A stretch of DNA of 64,000 bases from Eledone cirrhosa. Lineage: Eukaryota. Positions 30,624 to 46,344 of the stretch are shown here, piece by piece (position 1 is the first letter of the stretch; each line of letters starts with the position of its first letter). The DNA is taken from the NCBI GenBank assembly GCA_964016885.1, contig OZ024753.1, positions 19,468,001 to 19,532,000 on the forward strand, written 5' to 3'. Made by a program: the position numbers and the translations under genes. The notes beneath the pieces are model-generated. The model did not search any database. It was given only the letters and a program-made list of their open reading frames with translations, and was not told the DNA's origin.

Positions 30624-31605
30624 TCTATATATATAAAACTGTGGTTGTCTGTCTGTCTATCGATTTTTGGCACACATCTCTTAGAATCTCTCACGGAATT
30701 GCACCAAAATTGCTATACTTGTACATTGAGCCCTAGCGAAGACATCGAAACAAAAATATTTCAAATTGACCCACCCTATGTGACGAAATCCAATATAATG
30801 CATCGATTTTTGAGCGTAAGTTATCAGTTATTTCCCTTTGTTCTGTTTACATTGAGCGTCTTACGTAAAAAGTTACGCTGGCTTTCTCAGCGTTTAAAAT
30901 GACATTAACACAATACACGAACAGTTGTCGAGCCAGCAAAATATTGACCTGCAAAATTCATCAGTTCGAACACTAAGGTTCCGTTTTGCTTCATTTCCAT
31001 TTAAAAGCATTTTAAAACAATATTTTTACTTGAAAACAAGTCTATTTAAAGACTACGTAAAACAAGCCAATATTTCGTCGTTAGGCGTGCAGACAGACAG
31101 TCGTGCAGACAGACAGTCGTGCAGAGAGGTGATATACGCGTGCAGACAGACAGTCGTGCAGAGAGGTGATATAGGCGTGCAGACAGACAGTCGTGCAGAG
31201 AGGTGATATAGGCGTGCAGACAGACAGTCGTGCAGAGAGGTGATATAGGCGTGCAGACAGACAGTCGTGCAGAGAGGTGATATAGGCGTGCAGACAGACA
31301 TAACTGATAATTTGGTTACGCTAATGTTTTTCTCTGCGTTGCAGTGTTTACATTTTCGATCTTTGTTAATAAATAATCAGTGCAGTTTCTATCCCCAGCA
31401 TCCTCTTTTGTTATAACATTCGGGTTATCGTTATGTTTTCTTAACTTCATAAGGCATATTGTTGGTTGAGGGAATATTAATCAAAAACACCACATGCAAG
31501 TCTGCACAGTAGACACTACAGTTTTTAAGCCAAGAAAGAAACTTAACATTGTAACTTTAACACAGCTACTGAGCGACCCCGAGCAACGCCGGGCTTTACT
31601 GCTAG
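30624..31605 (+). mobile_element. Non-autonomous Helitron
   Basis: 5' TCTATATATATAAAA followed by (GTCT)n; 3' hairpin cccgagcaacgccggg then CTAG; inserted between A and T with no target-site duplication. Confidence 0.85.
31082..31300 (+). repeat. 37-bp minisatellite inside the Helitron
   Basis: taggcgtgcagacagacagtcgtgcagagaggtgata, about 5-6 copies. Confidence 0.9.
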
Positions 31606-31769
31606 TGTAAAATAAAGTTAAATAAAAAGTCAAATGTTTAAAATTTAGCTTGGTTTACTACTGATTTATATATTTCAGTGACAGCCATCTTCGGCTGTCA
31701 CTGAAATATATATAGCAGTAATAAACGAAGCTAAATTTTAAACATTTGACTTTTAATTTAACTTTATTT

Positions 31770-31826
<57 letters not shown>

Positions 31827-31842
31827 ATATAATTATATATAG

Positions 31843-31898
<56 letters not shown>

Positions 31899-32417
31899 AT
31901 ATATATATGTCTATATGTATATATATGTGTATATATATACACACACACACACATATATATATACATATATATACACACATATATATATTGTCAAGGCAGA
32001 ATTCTAGGAGAAGGAAAACTCTGATATAACACCTGCAACCCTGATGGTATCCAATGATGTTGACTTGTTCTTCTTTTTGGTAGATATTATCTTGGTTAAG
32101 AGAGTGGGACTGGCTTTGTGCAGTGCCTTTGCTCACTATAAAAGCTTCACGGCACAGGCATTGCCTTATATCTGGAGATCTCTGATCTCTCTGCACTTGT
32201 CGTCACATGGTACCACGGGCCCAGCACTATGTGTCAATAATTGTCACAGGTGTAGTTTGCAAGAGTTTTCAGAGTTTTCAAGTCGCTGGCTGGACTAAAA
32301 ATTCACACTCGTTCAGCTCATTGGTAGGGGTTCTCCTACATGGATATAAAGTAGTCGCCGTACTCGAAAACGAGTTGGCAGCCACCATATATATGTGTGT
32401 GTATATAGGTATATATA

Positions 32418-32477
<60 letters not shown>

Positions 32478-32480
<3 letters not shown>

Positions 32481-32662
32481 CGAAGGAAATGTGGTAAGGA
32501 ACCAGGTGGACCATAACGCACCAAAGTACTCGATACTTGAGGCAGTAGAGTGGGTAATAGGAACCAGTAAGACCCCGACAGCTGAGCTCAAGCCGTTTCG
32601 ACGGCTAATTCAGAATTAGCCGTCGAAACGGCTTGAGCTCAGCTGTCGGGGTCTTACTGGTT

Positions 32663-32668
<6 letters not shown>
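32478..32668 (-). mobile_element. Tail plus perfect palindrome mini-element (family of 6521-6720)
   Basis: Palindrome ~32558-32668 with a 1-nt loop; tail homologous to 6521-6601. Confidence 0.85.
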
Positions 32669-32745
<77 letters not shown>

Positions 32746-32811
32746 ATATATATATAATATATATATATATATGTATATATACATATGTGTGTATATATAT
32801 TTGTGTGTGTG

Positions 32812-32846
<35 letters not shown>

Positions 32847-32964
32847 GTATGTATGTGTGTGTATGTATATATATGTATGTGTGTGTGTGTCTGTATATAT
32901 ATATGTGTGTGTGTGTATATATATATTTTATATATATATATATGTATGTGTGTATATATATATG

Positions 32965-32995
<31 letters not shown>

Positions 32996-33094
32996 ATATA
33001 TATGCATATATATATGTGTGTGTATATATAAATGTATATATATATATGTGGGTGTGTATATATGTGTATATATATATATGTTTGTATATATATG

Positions 33095-33133
<39 letters not shown>

Positions 33134-33455
33134 GAGTATGTGTGTATATATGTATAGATGTGTGTGTGTGCGTCTATATATGTATATATGTGTGTGTGTG
33201 TATATATATGTATATATGTGTGTGTATATATATGTATATATGTGCGTGTGTGTGTATATATATGTATATATATATATGTGTGTGTGTATATATATCTATA
33301 TATATGTGTGTGTGTGTATATATATGTATATATAAATGTATGTATATTTATCTGTGTATATATATATGGGGAGGTTCATATTTGTGTAATAATATTCCCA
33401 GAATTAATAACATAGCACACTCACATATTGGTTGGTTTATATATATGTATATATG

Positions 33456-33488
<33 letters not shown>

Positions 33489-33489
33489 C

Positions 33490-34275
33490 GCCTTGACCAC
33501 TTCCTGTTGCGCGCGCACCCGACATCTCTCCTCTTCCGACCATCTCTTCATGGATTACTCGTATGTGGAGCTTGACCGCGGAATCAACTACCATCCTAGG
33601 AGTTTACCAACCTTTCAACCACTTCTTCTTACGGAATCACCTTTATAACTCACCCACACACACACCCCGACAGCATTTTTTTCCCACACGCCACCTACAC
33701 CCACAACACGCTTAAACCCCACACACACATGCTTTCCACCACATATTTACACCTTCAGCCACCGGATTCCTCTCCCCCCACGCCTCTATCCACACACGCA
33801 CTCACACTCCGACCTACACCCCACCCTACACAGACCTCTTCCTGAACATGCAACCCCGTTCTTCCCCCAACCCTTTCTTTCACATACACACACACACACA
33901 CGTACACCTACATACACACACCACCTTCAGCCCTCCCCGCTCGGACACCCCGTGTCCCTCTCCCCACTACACGCGCCCCACCACTACACAGCCCACACCG
34001 TTCCACCACCTGTTTTACCCCATTTTAATTTTAATTTATTTTGATCATGCTTTTATTTTTAATTTCATTCGCACCGTTTCCTCCCATCCCCTTTTCGCTA
34101 TATGTCTCTCCACCACTCCCTACACACCCTTTGAACTCTCTTCCCACACACTTTTCACCCGAAGAAGGGCTTATGCCCGAAACGTCGTTCCCCACCACCA
34201 CCCCGCTTACCAGAGCGTGAAATTAATAAACATTCGCTGTACTGCCTCTCTGTTTTGTTCCTGTTCAAATTTTCC

Positions 34276-34280
<5 letters not shown>
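33490..34280 (+). mobile_element. C-rich PLE-like 3' end with an HHR-like core
   Basis: CCGAAGA-a gggc ttat gccc-GAAA-cgtcg-TT at 34159-34189, then AATAAA; flanked by (TA)n; stem I does not pair. Confidence 0.55.
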
Positions 34281-34329
<49 letters not shown>

Positions 34330-34349
34330 AATCTATGTATATATATATA

Positions 34350-34405
<56 letters not shown>

Positions 34406-34409
34406 AATC

Positions 34410-34490
<81 letters not shown>

Positions 34491-34602
34491 CTAAATATCT
34501 ATATATATATATCTATATATATATATAAATCTATGTATATATATATATATATATATAAAAATATATGTATATATATATATATATGTATAAATATATGTAT
34601 AC

Positions 34603-34634
<32 letters not shown>

Positions 34635-34676
34635 CTGTATATATATATAAATATATGTATATATATATATATCTGT

Positions 34677-34775
<99 letters not shown>

Positions 34776-34800
34776 AATATATATATATATATCTGTATAC

Positions 34801-34955
<155 letters not shown>

Positions 34956-35279
34956 CATGTCTGCTGACCTATATGCCGACGATGTCTTCTAAATATACGG
35001 TTACATGATATATAATCCGCTTGGTAAAAGTAGATGATTTAAAAAACATGAGCCGATATGTAATGGCGATTTGTTTCTATAACTCAGCAGCTTTTACAGA
35101 GAAATCGGTTTAGTGGCAGACAGAAATATCAACATATTTGACAAGACAACTTCTAGGAAAAACAGATAATTCGATCCTTCTAGAATCGGGACTCACATAC
35201 ACAGCTATAAATGAAGTGACATGTACACTTGCGAATATAGAAACACAAACCCACGGGTACACACACACACAAACCCACG

Positions 35280-35324
<45 letters not shown>

Positions 35325-35329
35325 GCGCG

Positions 35330-35439
<110 letters not shown>

Positions 35440-35736
35440 CTTCTGGTTTTATAGTTTCACAAAGTGTTCCCAATAGAGAAAGAGTCGCGGCGTCTAACAT
35501 AGACACAAGACTCTCTCATTGGAATTTACACAATTTACACAAAGTTTCATGTTTACAGGTTGGAATGGATGCGTCATATATTATACGAGAATTGTACAAT
35601 AATTCAAATCTACTATGTAGATATGTATGCAAGCATGTGTAGATATGGATGTTATTGTATGTGTGGATGTGTATGTTTTGAGTTGTATGTGTGCATGTGT
35701 ATATGATTTACATTTGTACATGTGTATATGCAGTTA

Positions 35737-38700
35737 TTAGATGCAAGATTTTTGGAATGTTTTACATATTTTTACCGTTCCATTAATGGATTGTACTTGT
35801 AATTTCCTAACTAGTTGTGTTCCTTCTGTTCCTGTGAAGCCTAGCTTCTCAAGATTTGTATTGAGGCTGTTACTAACATACCCCAATGCCCAAATAATCA
35901 CATGCATAAATCTGAAAGTCTAATGAGGGTGGAGTATCTGCAGATTTATCCTCAGTTCTGCATAAATATTCTCCTTTTCATTAATCTTTGATATTATATT
36001 CGCTTCTGCTGGGCAGCTAATTTCCACTACTGTGCATGCTTTCTTCTCCCTATCCCATATCATAATATCTGGTCTATTATGCCTGCATCTTATTGGGGTT
36101 TTTACTGGAACATTCCACCAGTATTCATTCATATTATGTACATGGGGGCTATCTTTTTTACGAACTGCATTGTACAGTGTTTTGGCCATTACATCATGCC
36201 TCATAGGTAGATAGTACCGCGATGACATCTTTGGACAGCTGCTGATGACATGGGTGATATCCTCGATGTTGTTTCTGCAGAGTCTGCACTTGTTATCACA
36301 TCTAGGTGCTTTGCCTGCAGCCCTATCTCTTTTGTGAATCAGGTATTTCGTGCTAATCTCCTGTTCTTGCATTGCAAAAGCGTATCCTTCAAAGTGGGAG
36401 CCAATATAGCGGTTGTTAGTTCAAGATAGACTAGTTTCCTTATCTATATTACTCTCAGTCTGGAGCTTCATGGCAACATATCCATGCATGATTTTTTGCT
36501 TGTAAGTATACAGTTTTTCATCATGGATTCACTGCGATACTGCTGAGCGACTTCCCTGGGTGTGAGTTTTTGATTATCACACAGGGAATATCATTCGAGG
36601 AGTTCATTTCCAATTCTCATGATCTTATCTGTTTCATGCATATAGACTTGCTCGAGAAACGGGCTCCTACGCTTCGAGGTTCGTAGATGTTGTCGGAGAG
36701 ATATGATGCGACATTTAAATGTTGTCTGTACTGATATTAGGCCTCTGCCTCCCTGCTTACGTTCAAGTAAAGGCGGTTTATGTCACTGGAAGTTTCCGGT
36801 GTTGTTTAGTATTTTTCGAGTTCCAACATCACCTGCTCGGATTTCGTCTATCGTCCAATTGAGTATTCCAAACGTTGGTGTTAGGACAGGCACAGCAAAC
36901 AAATTGTGAGCCACTGTTTTGTTTTGCGCAGAGAGTTCCGATGACCAGATCTTTCTTAATCGGGTATAGTATTTCCAGGTTACGCGTTCTTTATTACAGA
37001 CACCATTATAGGATATATTCTCATCTATCCCCAGGTATCTATAGCACTCCTCATCAGATATCGGTGAAACAGTTAGGCCATTGATGACAATGTTGCTAGA
37101 TTGGGTTGTTGTTTTTACCCGCTTTACAGTCATGTATGGGCATTTATCTTGGCCAAACTCCATTCCTATATGCTCTGAGAACGTTGTAACCAGGTCAATA
37201 TTTTTCTTCATCCCATCCATGTTCTTGGCATACAGTTTCAGATCGTCCACAAAGAATTTATGGGTTAGGTTCGTATTTATTTTCTCCTGTGAGCCAATGA
37301 TTTATCGCTCACATTTCTTGAGCAGAAAGGACAAGGGGTTTAATGACAAGCTGAATAACATCACAGAGAGACTGTCCCCCTGAAATATACCCCTGCAATA
37401 TTTTATTTTATCAGTGAAAATAGAGTCCTCCCTCTATGTCTTTAACCTTAGGATAGTAGCCCAAGAAGAAGACAGCCTCTTTATGGCTCTGACAATAATG
37501 TCTGGGACTTTAGCAAGTTGGAGGGCCTCTATCATCCAAGAGTGGGGAACAGAATCGAAAGCTTTCCTGTAGTCCAGCCAGACTGTAGCCATATTCCTCC
37601 TAAGTTGTCGCACCTCCGACATCGCAGTTTTGTTGATTAGGAGTTGTTCAGCACATCCCCAAACCCCTTTCTTTCCAGCTGCTTGTTCATCTGTGATGAT
37701 GTTATTATTTTCACAGTGATCTTGGAGGAATAGGTTCAGGCAGGTGGTATACATCTTATACATCATATTCTTGCATGCAATGGGTTGGTAGTTTTTGCCA
37801 AGTAGGTGTCTTTGTTCTTGGGGACCAGTAATGTCTGTGCTAATGTCCACCATTCTGGTATCAATGTATCTCCCTTAAGAACTTGTTGGTAGATGTCAGT
37901 AAGATACCTCCGATAGAATATCAGTTTTTTGTACCAGTAGCCGACAATCATATCTCTTCCTGGTCTTTTGTTATCTTGAAGTTTTCCTATCATAGTCTCA
38001 AGGGTATGCTCACTTATTTCGTATGTTTTTGTTGTGGTGTAGGAGCAATAGTTCTTTCGGATTTCTCTTAGCCACACTGTATCTTGGTTGAAATTCTTCT
38101 TTTCACCCCATATTTTGCTCCAAAAGGAATCGATGTCCTTCTGGGATGGGGCTCAGTGACATTTATTATTTTACCCTTCAAATCTCTATAGACTGATGTT
38201 TGGTTTCGTCTGAATCTTTTATTAAGCACTTTTCTCTCATCTACCTTATTCAGGTATCGGCGTTTTGCGCTAACAGCTCTCAATTCTTGTTTGAGGGTGA
38301 TCAGCTTATATTGAAGAGTTCTGGTTCTACTGTTATCCAACATTGTCTCTATTTTATTTTTCACTCTTTGTTGGCGAAAAGTGAGGTTTTTTTGTGTTTG
38401 TTTGCATGTGAGGAGCATTGTCACATATCCTATGTTTTTTTTCGTAGGTCAGCAATCTTTTTTTCTATTTTAGTTATATATGATGGTACATTTGGTGGTG
38501 ATTTGTTCTTGTTAATATCTCTGCTATCACCAATATAATGTTTCACTGTTGTTGCTAAGGCATATAAACAGGCGTTGATTTGCCAAAATGTTGGGGTTTC
38601 CATCCGTCGTAAATATTCATCTCCTATTTCGTCAATAACACGTAATATTTCATTATTTCGTTTGTTATTAAACATTGTCGGTTTAATACGTTCAACAAGA

Positions 38701-39141
38701 GAGATATTTATACATGAATTAATTTCTCTCTGGAAGATTTCGTTGATGGAAAATTTCAACAGTCGAGGCAGACTCGGATGGTACACGTGGTGTCAAATTT
38801 CTTCGATTATTATTATTATCGATAGTGTGTTCCCCAGCATTCGATGTAGACTTAGATGGTATAGGTGGTGTCAAGTTTCTTACAGGCATAGTTGTTTCAA
38901 GGCACTGTTCGACCTGGCTGCTAGGAAGTCTAGTAGCATGGCGACCTGTAGCACGTGTTGTTGATAACATGTTTGTTGTGGGGGACTTACAATTAATAAT
39001 ATGTATCTTATTTTTACGTTCAACAAACGTCGCTTGTTGGCGTAATTGTTTCGCTGTGAAATAATTTAGCTCTGGGTGTATTTCGTCCCCGTGAGGCTTC
39101 ATTCTATTCATATAGCCAATGGAGGGATTGTTATGTGCCAT
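35737..39141 (-). pseudogene. R4/Dong-clade non-LTR retrotransposon ORF (RT, CCHC finger, restriction-like endonuclease), heavily frameshifted; element spans ~35430-39330
   Basis: GYMNRM...HPEL N-terminus; YQPIAC, WLDYRKAFDSVPH, GIFQGDSLS, DDLKLY, YRYLGI, CRLC...HVISSC, RHD, RPDI...VEISCP. Confidence 0.9.
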
Positions 39142-39369
39142 TTTATGACAATTAAATAAATCATTCTTAAGTTCGCATCTCCAAGAGAAATGCGATTTAT
39201 AATTTTGGTTTCTTCTGTAGCTACAACAGAATCAAGTTTGTTTACCTTTCTTGTTATTTGTCTGCGATACTTCCTTAATTTTGTTGTTGATGTTGTGTTC
39301 AGCCATGATGTTTGTACCAAATCCTTGTAAAATGAATTATATATTTAGTCGGATATCTCTACGAATTCG

Positions 39370-40157
39370 AATAAAAGGTGTCTTCAGAAGATATAGTTAG
39401 AAGAATAACCAGAGCAGGACAGTTAAGGCGAAAAAGACATCGGATGCTGAATTTGCCGACGAAATAGTTTTGGTAACAAATACAATGAAGGAGGCAGAGT
39501 ATTTGATGCAGGAGGTTGAGAGTGTGTGTCGATTAGTATGGGGCTGAGAATGAATGAGACTAAAACAAAATATCTGGTAGAGAATGTTGAGAAGCCAGAG
39601 GGGATCTTTAATGTAGGCGGGAAGGCGCTAGAATTGGTTGAGGACTTCCTGTATTTGGGGGCAAAGATTGGGAATACGGAAGATGATGTGGATGACAGGA
39701 AGAGCAAAGCCTGGGCAGCGTGCAACAGTTTCAGATCGATGTGGAAATCGGATCTTCGTAAATACCTGAAGATCCGCCTCGTCCTTGCTGTAGTGGCGTC
39801 TGTGCTGCTGTACGGGTCTGAAACTTGGACACTGACCAAGGAACTCACTCAGATCGTGGAAGGGTGCTAAACTCATAGCAGAATGGGAGCCTCCCAAAAC
39901 TCAGCTCAAAAGTGACACAGAGGAGACTGAGGTTAGCTGGACAATGCTCGCCGACATCCAGAGATGACATTGCACTCAGTGCCCCTGTGGGAGCCCCTAC
40001 ATGGACACACTGGAAGAGGAAACCGATGTTGACATATGTTGATGCCCTAAGGACAGACGCAGGTCTCTTGGAGACGCAGGACGTGGCAGCGATAATGAGG
40101 GACAGAGACCGCTGGAGAGAACTCGTCCATGGATCTCGGGGAATTTACCCGCCCTAT
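39370..40157 (+). pseudogene. RTE-clade LINE 3' fragment
   Basis: [57 protein letters not shown]. Confidence 0.85.
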
Positions 40158-41024
<867 letters not shown>

Positions 41025-41025
<1 letters not shown>

Positions 41026-42570
41026 AGAACAAAAGATGTTTAAAATAGTTCCTTGTATTTTATTATGCGCATTTCAAAAACAAATATCATCATGCAATAA
41101 TATTTGTGTTTTCATCAGATAAAACAGGAAGATATGATATGAAGGTTAAAAAACACTTGTGGATAGTGCAGTTTTAAATCAACATATGAAAAGTAGTTTT
41201 AGATTGATGTGTGATATTGGGAAAAATATTTTATTTTTAAGGAAAAAGAGGAGGAGATGAGAGTAAAAAGTGGAGAGGGAGGAGTATAATGAGGAAGGAT
41301 GAGATAGGAGGAGAGATGGGTGATAGAGAGAGAGAGATGCTTTTATAACTGAGAAAGATATATTGTTTTACATAGAGAGGTTGAAAACCGTTGGAAGATA
41401 ATGTATAAATTAAAAGAATTTGAAAATTAACGAAGAGAAAAATAATGTAAAGTTAAGGTTTGTATATTGAGGGGTTTAATAATATGTGCAATGAAAAGAA
41501 AATGTTAATATATATTAAGAATAATATTTAAGGGTTTAATAACATGTGCGATGGAAAAGAAAAAGTTAATATGTATTAAGAATGATATTAAGGGTTTAAT
41601 AATATGTGCGATGGAAAGAAAATGTTGATATGTATTATTAAAAAGAATAACAGGTAATTTAAGTAAGGATATATTGTGAGATGAGCATGAATGAGTTAGA
41701 TGAAAGGGAGAAAAAATAATGAATTGAGGATGAATAATCTAACGTCAAAAAAATGTTTGTTTACGAGGGATTTTTACAAGGTGATATAGAGTAAGAATGT
41801 ATTGTATTATGTAATAATTGATTCTATGTTAGGCAACAGTGAGAAAAGGTACAGATTAGGGGATAGACATTAATAGAAAAAGAGAAGAAAGGGAAATGAT
41901 AAATAGGAGCGATATAGAATGAGTAACAAATATTATAGAATGTATAATAACCTTTGAAATAAGGTAGAAAGATGGGTATATTTTTAAAGAAGTGTATATA
42001 TATATATGTGCCTTTGAGAAAAAGATTCTAAATTGATAAAGAATATTCGCTGTATACTTTGTGGAATGTTTTGTGGAATTTATGCAAACATATAGAAAAC
42101 AAGTCAGTGCGTCTATTTATTATAGAATCTAAATTAGATATAATGGTAAATTTTTCATTTAGACAGAGATTGCAAATTTTGGATAGAGAACTGTTCAAGT
42201 ATGGAACGCAGAAGAAACCTTCTTCCAAAAGATGCTATATTTAATATTTTTGTCTTTCAAGGACCATATGAGCTCTGAGAGAGACGTGTTGGTTCTTTTA
42301 AGTTTGTATTTAAAAAACGAATGATGGTTATAAAGACGAGCTTTAAAAGAGGTGGAAGTGGAGCCAAAATAGGTGAAGGAATTGGTGTCAGTTATAACTT
42401 TACATTCGTAAATTAAGTTTTTATCAAGACAATGGTTGTTGAGAGGACGTTTATTTTTAACAGGGCAATTGCAATTGCCATTAGAGAGATTATTGACGAG
42501 TGACCTAGTGTTATCTATAGAAGGAATTGGATTGGAGAAGTTATTTGCGATAGGAATAATAGTTTCTTGA
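41025..42570 (-). mobile_element. Hydra-like PLE 3' part (endonuclease pseudogene ~42028-42570 plus 3' UTR)
   Basis: CNCPVKNKRPLNNHCLDKNLIY...YFGSTSTSFKARLYNH...IWSLK...CNLCLNEK...INRR...CLH; three ~60-bp tandem units at 41470-41640. Confidence 0.87.
41058..41124 (-). ncRNA. Type I HHR
   Basis: ttttat-CTGATGA-aaacacaaatatt...gatatttgttttt-GAAA-tgcgca-TA-ataaaa. Confidence 0.75.
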
Positions 42571-42807
42571 TTTAGATAGATAGATAAATATACACGGGTG
42601 TGTATGTTTGTGTATAGAAGATTATATTAATAAGAGGAATTCCAACCTTTTCTGATTTACTCGTTTTATTTACAATCCTTTAAAATTTATAATGGTATTA
42701 TAATGAAATAGCATGATAGAATATTATATTCTAAGTGTTAATTGAAGTACTTTCATGCTTTCGCAATCATCAGGTTCATAATATGTGGTGACAGTCAAGT
42801 TTGCAAT

Positions 42808-42875
<68 letters not shown>

Positions 42876-43147
42876 TTCAAGAGTAACCAATCTTAAAGAG
42901 AGAGATTGAGATAGTAGAGGAGATATGATAGGAAAGATTGGTGAGTTAGTTAGAGGCCAAAGCGTAAAAGCATGTGCTCAATTTGCAATATGCAGTAGAA
43001 AGCAGCTAGGTGGCTGGGTTCATGCAGAGGTTAGGTGCGCAGAGCTGGAAATATTCATTAGTTAAGCAAAGCAAGACCACAAATTTAACAAGAAAGACAT
43101 TATTAAAAGATTGTCAACATATTTAGTTTGATGTAAGGAATGTAGAG

Positions 43148-43361
43148 AATAATAATAATAATAATATTAATAATAATTGTTTCTACTTTAGGCACAAGGC
43201 CAGCAATTACCCAGTGCATTACTGGTACTTTATTTTATCGACCCCGTAAGGATGAAAGGCAAAGTCAACCTCGGCGGGATTTGAACTCAGATCGTAAAGG
43301 GACGGAACTATGCTGGAAAGCATGGCGTCCGACACTCTACCGATACTGCCAATCCACCACC
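43148..43361 (-). mobile_element. Full-length octopus-type tRNA-derived SINE with (ATT)n tail
   Basis: A box tggcagtatcgg, B box gagttcaaatcc; aataatattaataataat on both sides (possible target-site duplication). Confidence 0.88.
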
Positions 43362-43877
43362 TTTAATAATATTAATAATAATAATGCCCGTTTACAATTG
43401 TTTCGCTACTCCGTATAATATTTCTGGATCAGATGACTATGTATCATAATTGATCTGGTTCAGTTGAAAATAATTAACATATTTAAAAAAACAGAGTGGC
43501 TCATCGGAACGGAAAGGAATATAAATTAAAATAATGTTACATAATATAATGTTCGATATATTAGTTTTTACTATGGTGCCTTTGTTTCATCAGCTGTCAG
43601 CCATAATCAAGCAGTACCCATCTGTCGAGGCTGCATTGTGTGAGATCTGCCTATGGGTAACAAGATGGTTGCCAAAGGGCATATTTACCTTACTAATTAG
43701 AGGGTGGTTTCAGCAGAAGTAACTTCTCGAGAGATTAGAGATTGTGTGTATTTTATAGTTATGTGCAAGTATTTAAATTATTTAATTGAGAGACAATGTA
43801 GGGGAGGTAATTTATAAGTATCGTGTTGTTCATAGCAATTTAACTTATTAGCTACAATTAGAGATGGCGCTACATGA

Positions 43878-44950
43878 TTAATTTGGGTCAAAAACTCTAT
43901 TGGCGAAGGAATTAGCCTTTCGATGTTGACATCTAATGGTTACCTCCGTTCTATCGTTAATTGGTAGATGTCTTGATAGAGTTATGTAATAACGCTTTCG
44001 TAACACAGAGATCACAAGGTTTCCTTCGTCCATTAAACGATTGGGCCCTAGCTACGATATCCCATTTTAGTGTGTTGAACTTTGTTTAATTTAAGGTTTT
44101 TAATGAGCCTAGCTAGCGATGTCGAACATCTGTTGCTAGGGTCTCGGAAGGAAAAAGAGTGCGCGTTATAGCGTACCTTAAAAGGGTTAGAGGTAGACCC
44201 GATATAAGAGCTGGTATTCGAAGCAGTCTCAACTGTGCACCTATAGACTATGTTGGGTGTCAGGCAGTGTCCATTTAACGGGCATGCATTGGGGTACCGG
44301 CAGGTGCAGCTGCTTCTGCGATTAGTGAGAGTAGGGTTATTTCACCTAAGCAGTTGGTCCGTGCTAGAAGGATTAGATGGGGGAGGTGTGCTACGAGAGT
44401 AATTATTGGTGTAGCGGCGCGGTGTATTTGATAGGGGTGCTGGTACCGCGGTGTGGGAGTTATAGTGTCTTAGCTTATGATGGTTACTGAATGCGATGTG
44501 GCTAGCTAGGTTAGGTGTAGTGGAGAATGAGATTTTAATGTTGTTTTTATTAAAGAGTGTGTAATATCTATGGTTAGGGGGGAAGTGTTTGGATAGGATA
44601 GAGAAGAAGCGATTGGGGATATTAGTGGCTAGATTAGATGAGAATGGTGGTTTAAGCCAGGTGATATTTCTAGGCCTATTCCTTCTAGGGGTTCTAGTGG
44701 AGTTGGTAGGGGCCTTCCTAGGGTTATTATTACCTGGGGTTTGTTATTTGTCATCCCATTTCTCATTCCTAATCTAGGGTTGATTCTTAGTTTGCTACTA
44801 GGATTGGGGAGCAGGCCGCTGCCACCATTAAAGTTCCCTGTATAGGTGCTGTTACTGCTAAAATTCCGGTGAATCTGCTTATATGCTAAGGTATTCCTAG
44901 TTCTAGTATTAAGGTTATTAGGGTGAGTTGCTGTGTTATGGCATTTTGGT
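43878..44950 (-). pseudogene. Hydra-like PLE thumb/linker/GIY-YIG fragment (3' UTR probably extends to ~43400)
   Basis: RNITWLKPPF, KHFPPNHRY..LFN, CTCRYPNACPLNGHC, IVY...YIGST...FKVRYNAH, CDLC. Confidence 0.87.
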
Positions 44951-45016
44951 ATGTAATAAATTGATTGTTTATAACCAGATTGAAAGAGAGCCTTATTATA
45001 ATATTGCCTTATTATA

Positions 45017-46344
45017 ATCAGTACTGATTGCGGATTTGGTACGGGTGATGAGAAATGTGTCCCGCATGTGCAACCCCGAAGAACTAGAGAGACACATACA
45101 ACACTTCATCCACCGTATGCAGTTCTCTGGCTACAATCAGAGAGATAGAATCAGAGTGTATAAAGGAGCCAGAACCAAATGGGAAAAAATGGTAAATAAT
45201 GACATAAATGGGACCTGCCCCTTGTATAGGAGCAAATTTTGGAATAGAATAGAAAGAACTAAGAACAAGGCCAATAGAATAAACTCATGGTATGATAGCA
45301 ATAAATACCAGAGTGTAATGTTCATCAATACAACCCCTAGAGGCGAACTAGCCTACAAATTTAGAAGAGCCCTAAAGAAACATAATCTCAATATTAAGAT
45401 AGTAGAAAGACCTGGTACCTCCGTAAAAACACTTATTAGCAAGACATACCCGTTCCAAAGACCCTCATGTATAGATAAGAAATGTATAACCTGTAAAATA
45501 AGCCCCCATATTAACTGTAAAACTAGAAATGTAGTATATAGCATAAGATGTACTGAAGGACAATGTAGAAACAAAAATATAGTGTACATAGGTGAGACAG
45601 CTCGTAGTATAGGGGAACGAATAAATGAACACTGGCGAGACCTCCAAGATAGTAAAGAATCATCTGTGCTCTACCAACATGCTAAGATAGAACACAGGGG
45701 TAAATTAGAGAGCATAGAAATAAAAATAGAATCCACACACAAGAAAGACGCAATGTTTAGGCAAATTACAGAGGCAGTAAGCATAAAAGAATTAAAACCA
45801 AAATTAAATAGAAAATATGAGTGGAACAGCAACATCACAACTTACAATTAAGGACAAAATGAAAACACACACACACATAGAACAAACAACTTACAATTGA
45901 AAACACACACAAAATGAAAACACACACAAGACAAAATGAAAACACACACACACATAGAACAAACAACCAACCAACAACAAATAAATAAATAAACAAACAA
46001 ATATAAATAGAAAAATAGAAAAATGAACACAAACACACACAGACACCCGGATGTGGCGCATGCGCAAACTGAACACGCAACCCACACACAAACAAAATGG
46101 TGTAGGATAGAAGAAAGGAAAGGCACAGAAACGAAGAAAGAAATCCCCAGTCACTGAAGAGGTCACAGAGTGTGTGACGAAAGAACTATGACTATATATA
46201 TATAAACAACTATCTGGTTGTGGAACCAACCAACCAACCAGAAATTTATAAATTTGTAAATTTATAAATATATATTAAATTAAATTGAAGTGAAAGCAAC
46301 TGGTGCGTGTGTTTCTTATTGGCAACATGACCCTCCCAAAGTAT

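Larger units (their letters stand above)
30527..31772 (-). mobile_element. Tail plus palindrome mini-element interrupted by a Helitron
   Basis: Tail 30527-30623; palindrome 31608-31771 centred on cagtgacagcc-atcttc-ggctgtcactg; minus strand reads CCGAAGA-tggctgtcact-GAAA-tatata. Confidence 0.65.

Noticed and set aside
31990-32390. Possible endonuclease C-terminal remnant ([11 protein letters not shown]...LN) on the minus strand
   Set aside because: Too short and degenerate to assign
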